Shown piece by piece: positions 26,973 to 36,653 of a DNA stretch of 64,000 nucleotides. Below the pieces are notes generated by a model. That model had not been told where the DNA came from. It was given only the letters and a program-made list of their open reading frames with translations, and did not search any database. How positions within the stretch are numbered: position 1 is the first letter of the stretch; every line of letters begins with the position of its first letter. Origin of the DNA: Planctomycetota bacterium. Lineage in GTDB: Bacteria; Planctomycetota; Planctomycetia; Gemmatales; Gemmataceae. A program made the position numbers and the translations under genes. The stretch is from the NCBI GenBank assembly GCA_016191165.1, contig JACPPF010000050.1, positions 2,088 through 66,087 of the forward strand, in the 5' to 3' direction.

Positions 26973-27095
26973 CCTCGTTCCCAGGCTCCGCCTGGGAACG
27001 GGTTATTGGCGAGGCTCTGCCTCGCCGTCCCACGCCAGGGTCGGCAGGCAGAGCCCGCAAGACCGGGCGTTCCCAGGCAGAGCCTGGGAACGAGG
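26973..27095. repeat. family D composite palindrome (CGTTCCCAGGCTCCGCCTGGGAACG, GGCGAGGCTCTGCCTCGCC, CGTTCCCAGGCAGAGCCTGGGAACG)
   Basis: Three local hairpins. Outer ends CCTCGTTCCCAGG / CCTGGGAACGAGG are complementary. Lies between the FHA and kinase genes. Confidence 0.85.
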
Positions 27096-27112
27096 CCAGA
27101 AACGCAAGCGGC

Positions 27113-27757
27113 TTAATGCAGGCGTTCCAGCGCCAGCGTGATTTCTTCGTTGACCAGCGTGCTCCCCGCGTCGAGGGGCCCGCGGCCCTGGTGCGCTCGG
27201 CCATTGATCGTCAGGTCGCCCGGCCAGCGCGCCGCCAGGCCGCTCTTGTTGCGAAACAGGATCAACGGCTGCGTCATGTCGGGGACCTGTATATGCGACT
27301 GCGTCTGCGGGCCGATGACGAGCGTGTCGGCCATGAGGATCGCCGCTTGCACCGGTTCGGCGAAGCGATGGCCGCTCACGATGTCAAGCCGGGCCGAGGT
27401 GCTCACCGGCACCGGCTGCCAGAACTGTAGCTGGCACGAGTTTCCCAGCGTGATGCGATCCCCGGTTCGCAGCAGCGTCTTGTCGATCGGCTTGCCATTC
27501 ATTTGCACCTTGCGAACGGCTTCCAGAAAATAGCCTTCCGGATCGCGTTGAATCGTGGCGTGATGCCGGGACACATCCGCGATCAGGGCGATATCCACCG
27601 GACTTTCCGTCAGGGCCTGGCCCAGCGTGACGCGATGGCTCAGGCAGACGAGGTAACCGCCGACGCCATCGATCCACAGGGCGAACGGCTCTTGCTGTTC
27701 GTGCAGATTCGCCAGGGTCGGAGCGGTTGGTTCATTGCTCACGGTTCTTGATCTCAA
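27113..27757 (-). CDS. FHA-domain protein (FHA plus a second FHA-like module)
   Basis: VTLGQ...DIALIADVSRHHATIQRD..GYFLE...NGKPI...LRTGDRITLG. The start codon is non-ATG (TTG 27757 or GTG 27742). Confidence 0.8.
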   Translation of the reverse strand: MRSRTVSNEPTAPTLANLHEQQEPFALWIDGVGGYLVCLSHRVTLGQALTESPVDIALIADVSRHHATIQRDPEGYFLEAVRKVQMNGKPIDKTLLRTGDRITLGNSCQLQFWQPVPVSTSARLDIVSGHRFAEPVQAAILMADTLVIGPQTQSHIQVPDMTQPLILFRNKSGLAARWPGDLTINGRAHQGRGPLDAGSTLVNEEITLALERLH

Positions 27758-27763
27758 AGGAAG

Positions 27764-27814
27764 AAACCACGGGAAGTGAGGCGAGGGTCGTCCTGGCTTC
27801 GCCGTGGTTTTTTC
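27764..27814. terminator. long hairpin flanked by A/T runs (possibly a bidirectional terminator)
   Basis: AAACCACGG...CCGTGGTTTTTT. Lies downstream of the coiled-coil gene and immediately upstream of the FHA gene. Confidence 0.45.
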
Positions 27815-27833
27815 TCATTATAGCCCACTTCCC

Positions 27834-27895
27834 GTAGGTCAGGCTTTCCAGCCTGACTTTTTACCTTGGCCGTCAGGCTGGAAAGCCTGACCTAC
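27834..27895. repeat. family A double-hairpin palindrome, intergenic copy
   Basis: Near-perfect match to the 10796-10858 and 46137-46199 copies. Confidence 0.9.
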
Positions 27896-27931
27896 GGATG
27901 AGTTTCTGCCGGGATATGCCCGTCGGCTCGC

Positions 27932-28738
27932 CTACTTGTTGCTCGCGGTCTTGGTCGCGATGTCGGCGTTGCCGCGCAGGTAGTTGCCGATCGCGTTCAG
28001 ATCGACAGGGCCCTGCGGCGTGCGGTCGTTGAGCGGGATGTTGGTCAGTTCGCCGTTGCGCATTTCGAGAACTTCGCGTTCGACGGTCTGGCGCTGCTCG
28101 ATCTTGGTGAGCGATTCCTCGATCTGAGTGGCGCGGGAGCTGTCAAACTTTTGCTCGGTGCCGAGCTTGGCGATCTGCAAGGTTTCTTCCTGCGCTTCGA
28201 GCTGGGCCAGACGAACCTGATATTCCCGCTTCTTGCTGATGACCTTGGCTAGCTGTTCCTGGGTGGCGACGAGTGAGCGTTCCTTGGCTTCCAGAACCTG
28301 CTGTTGAGTGCTCACGCATTTTTCCAGGCGTTTCAAGGCCGCCGCATCGCGTTCGAGTTGACGGCGCACGCGTTCGGCTGGAAAGACTTTGCCGCCATAG
28401 CTGAGCTTGTCGGGGCTGGCCTTCAGGTCATCGACGACGGCCAGCAGGGTCTTCTTCTGCTCGACGATGTTGGCTTGCTTGCGGGTGATGTCCTTGCGCA
28501 GGCGGTCGATCGCGACCTTGTACTCGGCAATGGGGCGAACCATGCGGCTGATGTCGCTGTCGAGCGCGTCGATCTCGTGGTGGATACGCTGGAGTTCGAA
28601 CTTGGTCGGGATCTGGTCGTTCACGTCCCGTTCGACCTGGGCGAACATCGTCCCGGCGTAGCTCCAGACATTGGTTTTCCTGGCAACCGCGACCAGAGCG
28701 ACGGCGCCGATCATGCCGATGATCAAATACTTCTTCAT
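27932..28738 (-). CDS. membrane-anchored coiled-coil protein
   Basis: N-terminal TM (YLIIGMIGAVALVAV) followed by about 230 aa of heptad-rich Glu/Lys/Gln sequence. Confidence 0.6.
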   Translation of the reverse strand: MKKYLIIGMIGAVALVAVARKTNVWSYAGTMFAQVERDVNDQIPTKFELQRIHHEIDALDSDISRMVRPIAEYKVAIDRLRKDITRKQANIVEQKKTLLAVVDDLKASPDKLSYGGKVFPAERVRRQLERDAAALKRLEKCVSTQQQVLEAKERSLVATQEQLAKVISKKREYQVRLAQLEAQEETLQIAKLGTEQKFDSSRATQIEESLTKIEQRQTVEREVLEMRNGELTNIPLNDRTPQGPVDLNAIGNYLRGNADIATKTASNK

Positions 28739-28990
28739 GGTGAACCCCTCCGAAAAAGGCGTGGCTTGAAAACGAAAAAGCGATGCGGAGTTCGCCGGAG
28801 TTGCACTTCGGGACGTCCGATCGTTCCACCAGTTCTTCGCCGGCAGAATCGGAATATTTGAGCACGTTGAGAATTTTGCCGAAAAAGGACAGGCCGCCCA
28901 TGTTAGCCGGGAGCGCAAGCGACGGACTTGAGAGAACCGTCGCTTGCGCTTCCGGGCAACTCAAGCTAAGAACGGGGAAAATGGAAAGGA

Positions 28991-30907
28991 TCAATCGCCC
29001 GGATGCAGCGCGTTGTTGACGGCGTACCAGAGTTCGTTCATGCGGAAGGGTTTGCGCAAAAGGGCAACGCCGCCTTCGCTGATTAACTCCGCGGCCTGAT
29101 CTGTCTGTAGCAATCCCGTACAAAGCAAGATCGGCGTCGCGGGGCGAACCTCGCGGAGAAGGTGAAAATTCGCCAGTCCTTCTTCCTTGGGAATCATCCA
29201 GTCGAGCACGATCAGGTCGATTTGCTGGTCATCGATCAATTCGAGGGCGGTCTGGACGTTCTTGGCGCACAGGACCTGATGCCCGGCAATTTCGAGGAAT
29301 CGCCGGATGACATCCTGCACGGCCTGTTCGTCGTCCACGACGAGGATATGCCGGCGCGGCGACGCCTCGGGCTCGAGGATGGTGACGTTGGCAGCGGTGG
29401 GATCGGGGGCATCCTGCAGGAGGCGGGGCAGGAAAAGGCCAACCGTCGTGCCGACGCCGGGCTCGCTGGCAATCGTGAGGTAGCCCTGATGCCCGGTCAG
29501 GATGCCGAAGGCAACGGGGAGCCCCAAACCCGTGCCCTGGCCAACGTCCTTGGTGGTGAAAAAGGGATCGAGCGCCTGGGTAAGCACGTCGGCACTCATG
29601 CCCGCGCCGCGGTCCTCGACTTCGATCGCCAGGTAATCGCCGGCTGGAATATTTTGCGGGAAGGCCGGCGCCTCACCGGCGAACACACGATGGCGGAGGC
29701 GAAAGACGATCGGCGCGGGCTGCGGCTTGGGCATGGCGTCGCGCGCGTTAAAGCTCAGGTTCACGAGCACTTGCTGAAGCTGGTTGGCGTCCGCGAGGGC
29801 CAACCAGGTTTGTCCCGCCGGCGGCGCTTGCACATCCAGATCGACCTCGATGTTCAAGCTTCTTTGGATGAACCCGCGTGTGGATTCGAGCAGCTTCAGG
29901 ACGTCGGTCGGGCCGCGCATCAAGGAGGGCTTGCGCGCGAAGGTCAGGAGTTGCCTGGTGAGGTTGGCCGCCCGATCCGTCAGCTGGACGATGGTCTCCA
30001 GGAACTCGCGCACGGACGGGGAAAGGCTCGCTTCGCGCAGGGCGAGCGTGGCGTAGCCTTGAACCCCTGCGAGCAGGTTGTTGAATTCATGGGCGACGCC
30101 GCCGGCGAGGGTGCCGATGCTGTGCATTTTCTGGGCTTGCACCAGCTGGCGTTCCATCTGCTTGCGTTCGGTGATATCGCGATAAATCGCCACGAAATGC
30201 GTCATTTGGCCGCGCGGATCGAAAATGGGCGAAACCGTGAGCGAGCTATCGAGTAGCGTCCCGTCCTTGCGCTGATTGACGATTTCACCCTGCCAGCTGC
30301 GGCGATCGTGGAGCGCTTTCCACATTTGGTCGATGTAGGCGTGCGGCTGCTCGTTGTTCCGGAACAGGTCGCCCGCGCTTCGCCCCAGCAGCTCGTCGCG
30401 GTTGAAACCGAACATCTGCTCCTGGGCGCGATTGACGTGGAGGACGATGCCGTGGAGATCGGTAATGAGCACGCCGTCGCGCGCGGACTCCAGGGCGGCG
30501 ATCAGCAGGTCGTTGGCATGTTGAAGCCGATGGCGGCTGACCGCCTCGGCCACGCGCTTGGGCAGGTCGGCAAGGTAAGCGCTGGCCTGATCGCGCACGA
30601 GGTAGTCGAGCGCGCCTTCGCGCAGGACCCGGGCCGCCAATTGTTGATCTCCATAGGCGGTGATCATCAGCACGGGCGTGCCGTTCCCGTCCTGCCGCAA
30701 GCGCCGCAAGAGGTCCGATCCATTGAGATCGGGCAAGAAATAATCCAGGACCAGGAGGTCGAAGGTAGACTGGGCCAGGACAATGAGGGCGTCGGCCCCG
30801 GTGCCGCACACGGTTACCTTGTGGCCCGCGCGTTCCAGACACACCCGCGTGACGAACGCGATGTCGTCGTTGTCTTCCACCAAAAAAAGTCGCAACGATT
30901 CGGCCAT
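28991..30907 (-). CDS. hybrid sensor histidine kinase (REC-PAS-HisKA-HATPase-REC)
   Basis: N-terminal REC (LVLDYFLPDLNG), PAS, H-box GGVAHEFNNLL, N/G boxes (NARDAM, DRGAGM, GTGLGL), C-terminal REC (IVLDWMIP). Confidence 0.9.
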   Translation of the reverse strand: MAESLRLFLVEDNDDIAFVTRVCLERAGHKVTVCGTGADALIVLAQSTFDLLVLDYFLPDLNGSDLLRRLRQDGNGTPVLMITAYGDQQLAARVLREGALDYLVRDQASAYLADLPKRVAEAVSRHRLQHANDLLIAALESARDGVLITDLHGIVLHVNRAQEQMFGFNRDELLGRSAGDLFRNNEQPHAYIDQMWKALHDRRSWQGEIVNQRKDGTLLDSSLTVSPIFDPRGQMTHFVAIYRDITERKQMERQLVQAQKMHSIGTLAGGVAHEFNNLLAGVQGYATLALREASLSPSVREFLETIVQLTDRAANLTRQLLTFARKPSLMRGPTDVLKLLESTRGFIQRSLNIEVDLDVQAPPAGQTWLALADANQLQQVLVNLSFNARDAMPKPQPAPIVFRLRHRVFAGEAPAFPQNIPAGDYLAIEVEDRGAGMSADVLTQALDPFFTTKDVGQGTGLGLPVAFGILTGHQGYLTIASEPGVGTTVGLFLPRLLQDAPDPTAANVTILEPEASPRRHILVVDDEQAVQDVIRRFLEIAGHQVLCAKNVQTALELIDDQQIDLIVLDWMIPKEEGLANFHLLREVRPATPILLCTGLLQTDQAAELISEGGVALLRKPFRMNELWYAVNNALHPGD

Positions 30908-30911
30908 GATT

Positions 30912-31586
30912 TCACGGATTGGGTATTTGCACCACGATGCTCAGGGCATGATTTACGGGCGTGGTCAGAATCAGGTGGGCGCCGCAGCGTGCCAGCCATT
31001 CGCGGGCCAGCACCAATTCCAGCGAGCGTTCCAGGGTGGCCGGATCGGCCCGCGTTGCCGTCTCAGGGGCAAGGGAAAACGTCAACTCCACGCTTCCGTC
31101 GGCGCGAGCCGATTGAACCGATGCGTGCCCCTCGCCGCGATTCGGCAAGCCGGTGAACAACTCGTGCAGCGCCTGGACATAAACCTGCAAATCGCCGGCG
31201 ATCCTTGGCACAAACCAAACCTCAGGGCACGTGATGACCCAACTGGTCCGCCGCTGGCGCAGCAGGCCCTGGACCTCGCCGAGTAAATCAGCCAGGGCAA
31301 ACGTTTCCACCTTGAGCGCGTGGGAGTTCACTCGCTCCAGCTCTTTGAGGAAACGGACCAGCTCGCCCGCGCGCCCGGCCGCGCTTTGGAGTCGGCCAAG
31401 GTATTCTCGGCCGTCCGTGCTGAGCCGATCGGCTTCCTCCAGGAGGAAAAGCTGCAAAAGCCCCTGAATGGCCACCAGCTGATTGGGCAGATCGTGGCTC
31501 ACAACGCGATGCATGCAACCAAGAATTCGATCCGACCGCATGAGGTAGTCCGCTCCAACCCTTGGGCATGACCGGGCCTGATCCAC
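30912..31586 (-). CDS. histidine-kinase-like protein with H-box but degenerate ATP-binding domain
   Basis: H-box VSHDLPNQL. I see no recognisable G1 (DxGxG) or G2 (GxGxG) boxes. Ends 4 nt before the hybrid HK. Alternative start at 31541. Confidence 0.6.
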   Translation of the reverse strand: MDQARSCPRVGADYLMRSDRILGCMHRVVSHDLPNQLVAIQGLLQLFLLEEADRLSTDGREYLGRLQSAAGRAGELVRFLKELERVNSHALKVETFALADLLGEVQGLLRQRRTSWVITCPEVWFVPRIAGDLQVYVQALHELFTGLPNRGEGHASVQSARADGSVELTFSLAPETATRADPATLERSLELVLAREWLARCGAHLILTTPVNHALSIVVQIPNP

Positions 31587-31794
31587 GGGTCAGATCATTG
31601 TAGCCGTGAGATTCAGCCTGACGCAATTGTGAGCGGCAAAAATCCCACCTGGGTAACGATCGCGGCTCGCGGCGTGGCGTTCGCGCGGCCTGCGCTCCGC
31701 GCGCGGCACGACGCTCCGCTGCGACGTTGCAACCGCGGAATCGTAAAATGATCGAGGCGCAGCGGCGTGTCCACAACTTCACCACCAGCAAGGG

Positions 31795-33399
31795 ATGACC
31801 GGCGTGTCGGACGAAGTCGCACATCTGCCTGCCTGGGTTCGGCGTCGGGACGGCAGCCAGGTTCCGTTTGACGCGGACCACATCTGCCAGGCGCTGTTCG
31901 CCGCGGCGAGTTCGCTCGGCGCGGCCAGCGCATTCGTGAATCGAGAGTTGACCGACGTCGTCTTGCACTTCCTGGCCCAGGAGGCCTGGCCCACCGTTCC
32001 CACCGCTGGCGAGATTTCGGACCTGGTGGAAAAAATCGTTCGCGAGGTCGGCCATCCCGAACTGGCCCGTCGCTACGCCCAGATGCAGGCCGCCGCCTCT
32101 GAATCGGCCACCAAGGAAGACCCCGGGCTGACCAAGGCGACCCCAATCGGTCGATACCTGGCCAATTGCCTGGAGTCGTACGCGCATCAGATCGTCTACA
32201 GTCCCGATGTATCGGCGGCGGCACGCGAGGGCTTGGTGCGGCTTGGCGGCATGGATGCCCCGGCGGCGCTCGCGAGTTTGGTCCTGGAAACCCTGAAGTT
32301 GGCCGAGTTGCCGTGGTGGCTGGCCCTGGAAGATTGGCGCGCCCTCGGCGGCACCTCCTGGCTCGTCGATAGTCCGGACTGGGTCTGCACCGTTCAACGT
32401 CATCCGGCCTTGACGCCCCATCTTTGCGATACCTTGCTGGCCTTGCCGACTCTCGCCCAGCGCTGCGTCGAACTCCATCTCAACGTCAGTGAACCGCCGG
32501 TCTGGTCGCGTGGTTATCCAGCGCGGCCGCTGTTCGCTGCCGATGACGAAGACGCTGCCCAGCAAGAACGTTCCAGTTTCCTCGATATTTTTCTGGAGCG
32601 CTGGAAGGCACTCCAGGCGCCGCGCATCCCGGCGGTGGCCTGGCATCTGCACCCAGACGCCTTCAACGCTGAAACGTCGCGGCGACGGTTGTTGGGCCTG
32701 ATTCGTCTGGCGCTCCAGGGCAAGCCCGTTCGCTTTGTTTTTGATCGAGCACCGCCGCCGATCGCCCTGGCCGAGGGATTCGATCGCAAATGTCCGGGGC
32801 TCCTGCTGGAGGTCGGTCTCGATCTGCCGGCCCTGATGCGCTGCGCGCCGGCCGTGGGGGATGGTTCCGCGTTGCTCAAAAGTTTACCGGGCCTGGCGCG
32901 AATCGCCGCAAGCGCGGCTCAGCAGAAGCGTCGGTATCTACGCGATCTGCCCGCGGATGCGGCCGTCAAGCGGAGTTTCGTGCTTGAACGATCGTCGGCG
33001 CTGGTCGTGCCGATCGGGTTGGATGAAGTCGTGCAGAGGATCACTGGCGCGAGCCTGTGGCGAAGCCCGTTGTCGCTGGATTTCGCCAGGCAAATCTTGC
33101 AGACCCTGAAAAAAACGCTTTGCCAGTCCGGCCGCGCCGCCCAGCTGGATTTGCGAATGGCATGCCCCGGGGAATGCCCGACGCATTCGGACCGCGAGCT
33201 TCCGCCGCGCCGGCAGCTGGAAATCGCCGGCAAGCTGCATACCTGCGTCGACGGCGGCATGATGAATCTGGAATTGCCTGATTCGGATCCCGACGCAATT
33301 GCCGAGTTGCTTGAATGGGCCTGGTCGTCCACCCAGGTGGCGTACGTGCAGCTACAACGCGCCGGCATCGCGCTAAGGCAGGGCGAACTTCCAATTTGA
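31795..33399 (+). CDS. ATP-cone domain protein with NrdD-like (class III RNR) body but no glycyl-radical C-terminus
   Basis: ATP-cone pattern VRRRDGSQVPFDADHICQALFAAA...VEKIVREVGHPELARRY. Later blocks are collinear with NrdD landmarks (see finding). Confidence 0.7.
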   Translation: MTGVSDEVAHLPAWVRRRDGSQVPFDADHICQALFAAASSLGAASAFVNRELTDVVLHFLAQEAWPTVPTAGEISDLVEKIVREVGHPELARRYAQMQAAASESATKEDPGLTKATPIGRYLANCLESYAHQIVYSPDVSAAAREGLVRLGGMDAPAALASLVLETLKLAELPWWLALEDWRALGGTSWLVDSPDWVCTVQRHPALTPHLCDTLLALPTLAQRCVELHLNVSEPPVWSRGYPARPLFAADDEDAAQQERSSFLDIFLERWKALQAPRIPAVAWHLHPDAFNAETSRRRLLGLIRLALQGKPVRFVFDRAPPPIALAEGFDRKCPGLLLEVGLDLPALMRCAPAVGDGSALLKSLPGLARIAASAAQQKRRYLRDLPADAAVKRSFVLERSSALVVPIGLDEVVQRITGASLWRSPLSLDFARQILQTLKKTLCQSGRAAQLDLRMACPGECPTHSDRELPPRRQLEIAGKLHTCVDGGMMNLELPDSDPDAIAELLEWAWSSTQVAYVQLQRAGIALRQGELPI

Positions 33400-33426
33400 T
33401 CGCGCGGTTTCAAAGAGGCCAATCGC

Positions 33427-34635
33427 TTGGACACACGTTTCGCCAACCAATGGGACCACGGGCAAGCGCGCGCGGCCATGATGCTCGATCCGACGGTTGC
33501 CAACCTCAACACCGGTTCATTCGGCCCAACGCCGCGCGTTGTGTTCGAGCGCGTTACGGAATTGCGCCGTCGGCTTGCGGAGGAGCCGATGGATTTCCTC
33601 GTGCGTGCGATGCCAGGCCATCTGCGACAGGCGCGTGCCGGGCTCGGGCGGTTTCTGCACGCCGATCCGCGCCGCTTGATTTTCACCGCGAACGTGACGA
33701 CGGCGATCAACCTGGTTGCCTCGGGTTTGACGTTGGCGTCGCCCGGCGAGATCCTGCTGACCGATCACGAATACGGCGCGATGCACTGGTGCTGGGAACG
33801 GGCCGCTCAGCGCCAGGGGTTGACGATCCGCACCTTTCCCCTGCCGATCTTGGCCAGCGATCCCGGTGAAATCATCCACGCCGCCCGCGCCGCGATGACA
33901 GCGCGAACCCGCTTGCTTTTCTTTAGCCATGTGCTGTCGCCGACCGGGTTGGTGCTGCCAGCGAAAGAACTGTGCGCCGAGGCCCGAAGGCGCGGCATCG
34001 TCAGCGTCGTGGATGGCGCGCACGCCCCGGCGATGATCCCGCTCGATCTTGACACGCTCGACGCCGATTTCTACGGCGCTAACTGCCACAAGTGGCTGCT
34101 CGCTCCAATCGGCGCCGGCTTTCTCCATCTGGGCCGTGGCAGCGAGGATCGGCTGCAACCCCTGCAAGTTAGCTGGGGCTGGCGACCGGAGCGTGCGCGG
34201 CTCGATGAGTTCGACGAGTTCGGCTCCACGCCGCGCGTGCGGTTTTACGAATTTGAAGGCACCCGCGATATCTGCCCCTGGCTGGCCGTGCCCGCCGCGC
34301 TCGATTTTCAGCAAGCGCTTGGTTTCAACGAGATTCGCGCGCACAACGCGCGCCTGGTCGAGAGGGTGCGCACCCGTTTCGCGCACATCCAGAGACTCGC
34401 GCCGGCGACACCAACGCACCCCGATTTGTGCGGCTTCCTGACGGCATTTCGCTTACCGCCGCACGTGGATGGACCGACCTGGCGCAAGGTTCTTTGGGAA
34501 CGTTACCGCATCGAGGCCCCAATCATCGACCGTCCCGAAGGGTTGCTCATTCGAGTTTCGACGCATTTCTACAATACCGAGGAAGAGATCGAACGCATCG
34601 CTGAGGCCGTGGAATGGATGCTTGCCAACACGTGA
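33427..34635 (+). CDS. aminotransferase class V (isopenicillin-N-epimerase-like) PLP enzyme
   Basis: NLNTGSFGPTP and the PLP-lysine context ANCHKWLLAPIGAGFLH. Lies 28 nt after the ATP-cone gene. Confidence 0.85.
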   Translation: MDTRFANQWDHGQARAAMMLDPTVANLNTGSFGPTPRVVFERVTELRRRLAEEPMDFLVRAMPGHLRQARAGLGRFLHADPRRLIFTANVTTAINLVASGLTLASPGEILLTDHEYGAMHWCWERAAQRQGLTIRTFPLPILASDPGEIIHAARAAMTARTRLLFFSHVLSPTGLVLPAKELCAEARRRGIVSVVDGAHAPAMIPLDLDTLDADFYGANCHKWLLAPIGAGFLHLGRGSEDRLQPLQVSWGWRPERARLDEFDEFGSTPRVRFYEFEGTRDICPWLAVPAALDFQQALGFNEIRAHNARLVERVRTRFAHIQRLAPATPTHPDLCGFLTAFRLPPHVDGPTWRKVLWERYRIEAPIIDRPEGLLIRVSTHFYNTEEEIERIAEAVEWMLANT

Positions 34636-34792
34636 CGTTGCCTGACTGCGACGGTATTTGCGCCGCCCGCGCGAACCTGCCATTTTGACAGGATGTTCCG
34701 CGCGGAACATGCGCCCATTTTGACCATTTTTGGCAGTCAACGCTGACCAACGCTTCAGAGCCGATTGGTGTTCCCTTCCGAGGTAGCGACCC

Positions 34793-35005
34793 ATGATCGT
34801 CCTTTATTTGATCGGCATCGGCATCGGTTTGTTCATGATTGCCGTGGCGGTGTTCAACTGGGAGTGGTGGTTCTTCGACATGGAATCGCGCTTCTGGGAG
34901 ATCATCGGCGGCGAGACGCTGGTGCGCTGGTATTGGGGCATCGGCGGGGTGATGGTGATTGTCGCGGTCGTCGGGCACTGGATTTGGGGCGTGGATTTGT
35001 GGTAG
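34793..35005 (+). CDS. possible small Trp-rich two-TM membrane protein (70 aa)
   Basis: Two hydrophobic helices. No homology recognised. Confidence 0.35.
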   Translation: MIVLYLIGIGIGLFMIAVAVFNWEWWFFDMESRFWEIIGGETLVRWYWGIGGVMVIVAVVGHWIWGVDLW

Positions 35006-35057
35006 CTGTTCGGGATCTCGCAGGTTTGCTTCACTCACCCGCGGGCTTCGGGATTGC

Positions 35058-35786
<729 letters not shown>

Positions 35787-35804
35787 GGGATGGGAGCAGA
35801 ACGC

Positions 35805-35840
35805 GTTTAGCGCCCGCGTGGCTCCGCGCGGGCGCTAAGC
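35805..35840. repeat. family B palindrome
   Basis: GTTTAGCGCCCGCG-loop-CGCGGGCGCTAAGC, between greA and the ABC ATPase gene. Confidence 0.85.
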
Positions 35841-35852
35841 GAAGAATGTGGA

Positions 35853-36335
35853 TCAATCCGCGAACTTGATCTCCAGAACCTCGTAGCGTAGTGTTCCCAT
35901 CGGGACCTGGATGTTAACGACCTCGCCTATCTTTTTTCCTAACAGGCCCTGGCCGATCGGGCTGCTGGTGAGGATCTTGTTGTTGTTGTAATCCTCCTCG
36001 CCGGGGCCAACGAGATGAAAAACCTCAGTGTCGCGCGCGTCGAGGTCCTTGACCTTGACCAGGGAGCCAAAGACGATGATGTCGGTGGGAAGCGTGCTTT
36101 TGTCAATAATCATGGCCCTGCTCAAGGAGTCCTTGAGTGAATCGATGCGGGCCTGGAGCATGCCCTGATCTTCGCGGGCGGCGTGATATTCCGCGTTTTC
36201 GCTGAGGTCGCCCATGTCGCGCGCCGTGGCAATGCGTTTGGCGACTTCGATCATCTCGACGTTCATCATGCGGTCGAGATCAGCCTTCTTCTTTTCGTAT
36301 CCTTCCTTCGTCATGGGAATGCGTTCATCGGGCAT
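35853..36335 (-). CDS. greA: transcription elongation factor GreA
   Basis: 160 aa. DLSENAEYHAAREDQ coiled-coil tip and a C-terminal FKBP-like domain (SPIGQGLLGKKIGEVV). Confidence 0.9.
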   Translation of the reverse strand: MPDERIPMTKEGYEKKKADLDRMMNVEMIEVAKRIATARDMGDLSENAEYHAAREDQGMLQARIDSLKDSLSRAMIIDKSTLPTDIIVFGSLVKVKDLDARDTEVFHLVGPGEEDYNNNKILTSSPIGQGLLGKKIGEVVNIQVPMGTLRYEVLEIKFAD

Positions 36336-36439
36336 GGGTGGATCCTCCCTTCAATTCTACTCGCTGCCAAGGCCCAGCGACGGCGGTCGCCGGGGAATCC
36401 TGTTCAAGCCACAGAGCTGGCGAGGTTGTCGGCCGCCGG

Positions 36440-36477
36440 CTTTGAAAAAGCACAGCCGGCGGACAAATCCGCCGGCT
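36440..36477 (-). terminator. intrinsic-terminator-like hairpin about 100 nt upstream of the greA start codon
   Basis: The minus-strand RNA reads GCCGGCGGA-UUUG-UCCGCCGGC followed by UGUGCUUUUUC. A third segment, GCCGGCGGC (36432-36440), could pair alternatively with the middle segment. Confidence 0.5.
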
Positions 36478-36621
36478 CACGAGCAGCAACAACAACGTGC
36501 CGTGTATATCTTGACCAACCTGTTCCTGCTTGTAAAGAGGCGTTTTTTTGTTTCCGCCTGTTTTTCTTGGCGCGGTTCAATCCGTCGAGCCGGAAGCGTG
36601 ACCGACCGTCCGCACCTCCGT

Positions 36622-36653
36622 CGCTTACGCTTCCGGCCCGTAAGCGAATTTTT
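36622..36653 (+). terminator. hairpin plus T-run oriented on the plus strand between two minus-strand genes
   Basis: CGCTTACG-CTTCCGGCC-CGTAAGCG followed by AATTTTTG. Confidence 0.35.

Noticed and set aside
31288-32652. 454-aa minus-strand ORF overlapping the ATP-cone gene
   Set aside because: The plus-strand frame carries a recognisable ATP-cone and NrdD-like blocks. The minus-strand translation is Arg/Gly/Pro-rich with no motif.
36574-36583. GGTTCAATCC (T-loop-like) in the greA upstream gap, considered as part of a tRNA or tmRNA
   Set aside because: The flanking bases do not form a T-stem or an acceptor stem. I found no tag-peptide reading frame and no CCA-proximal structure.
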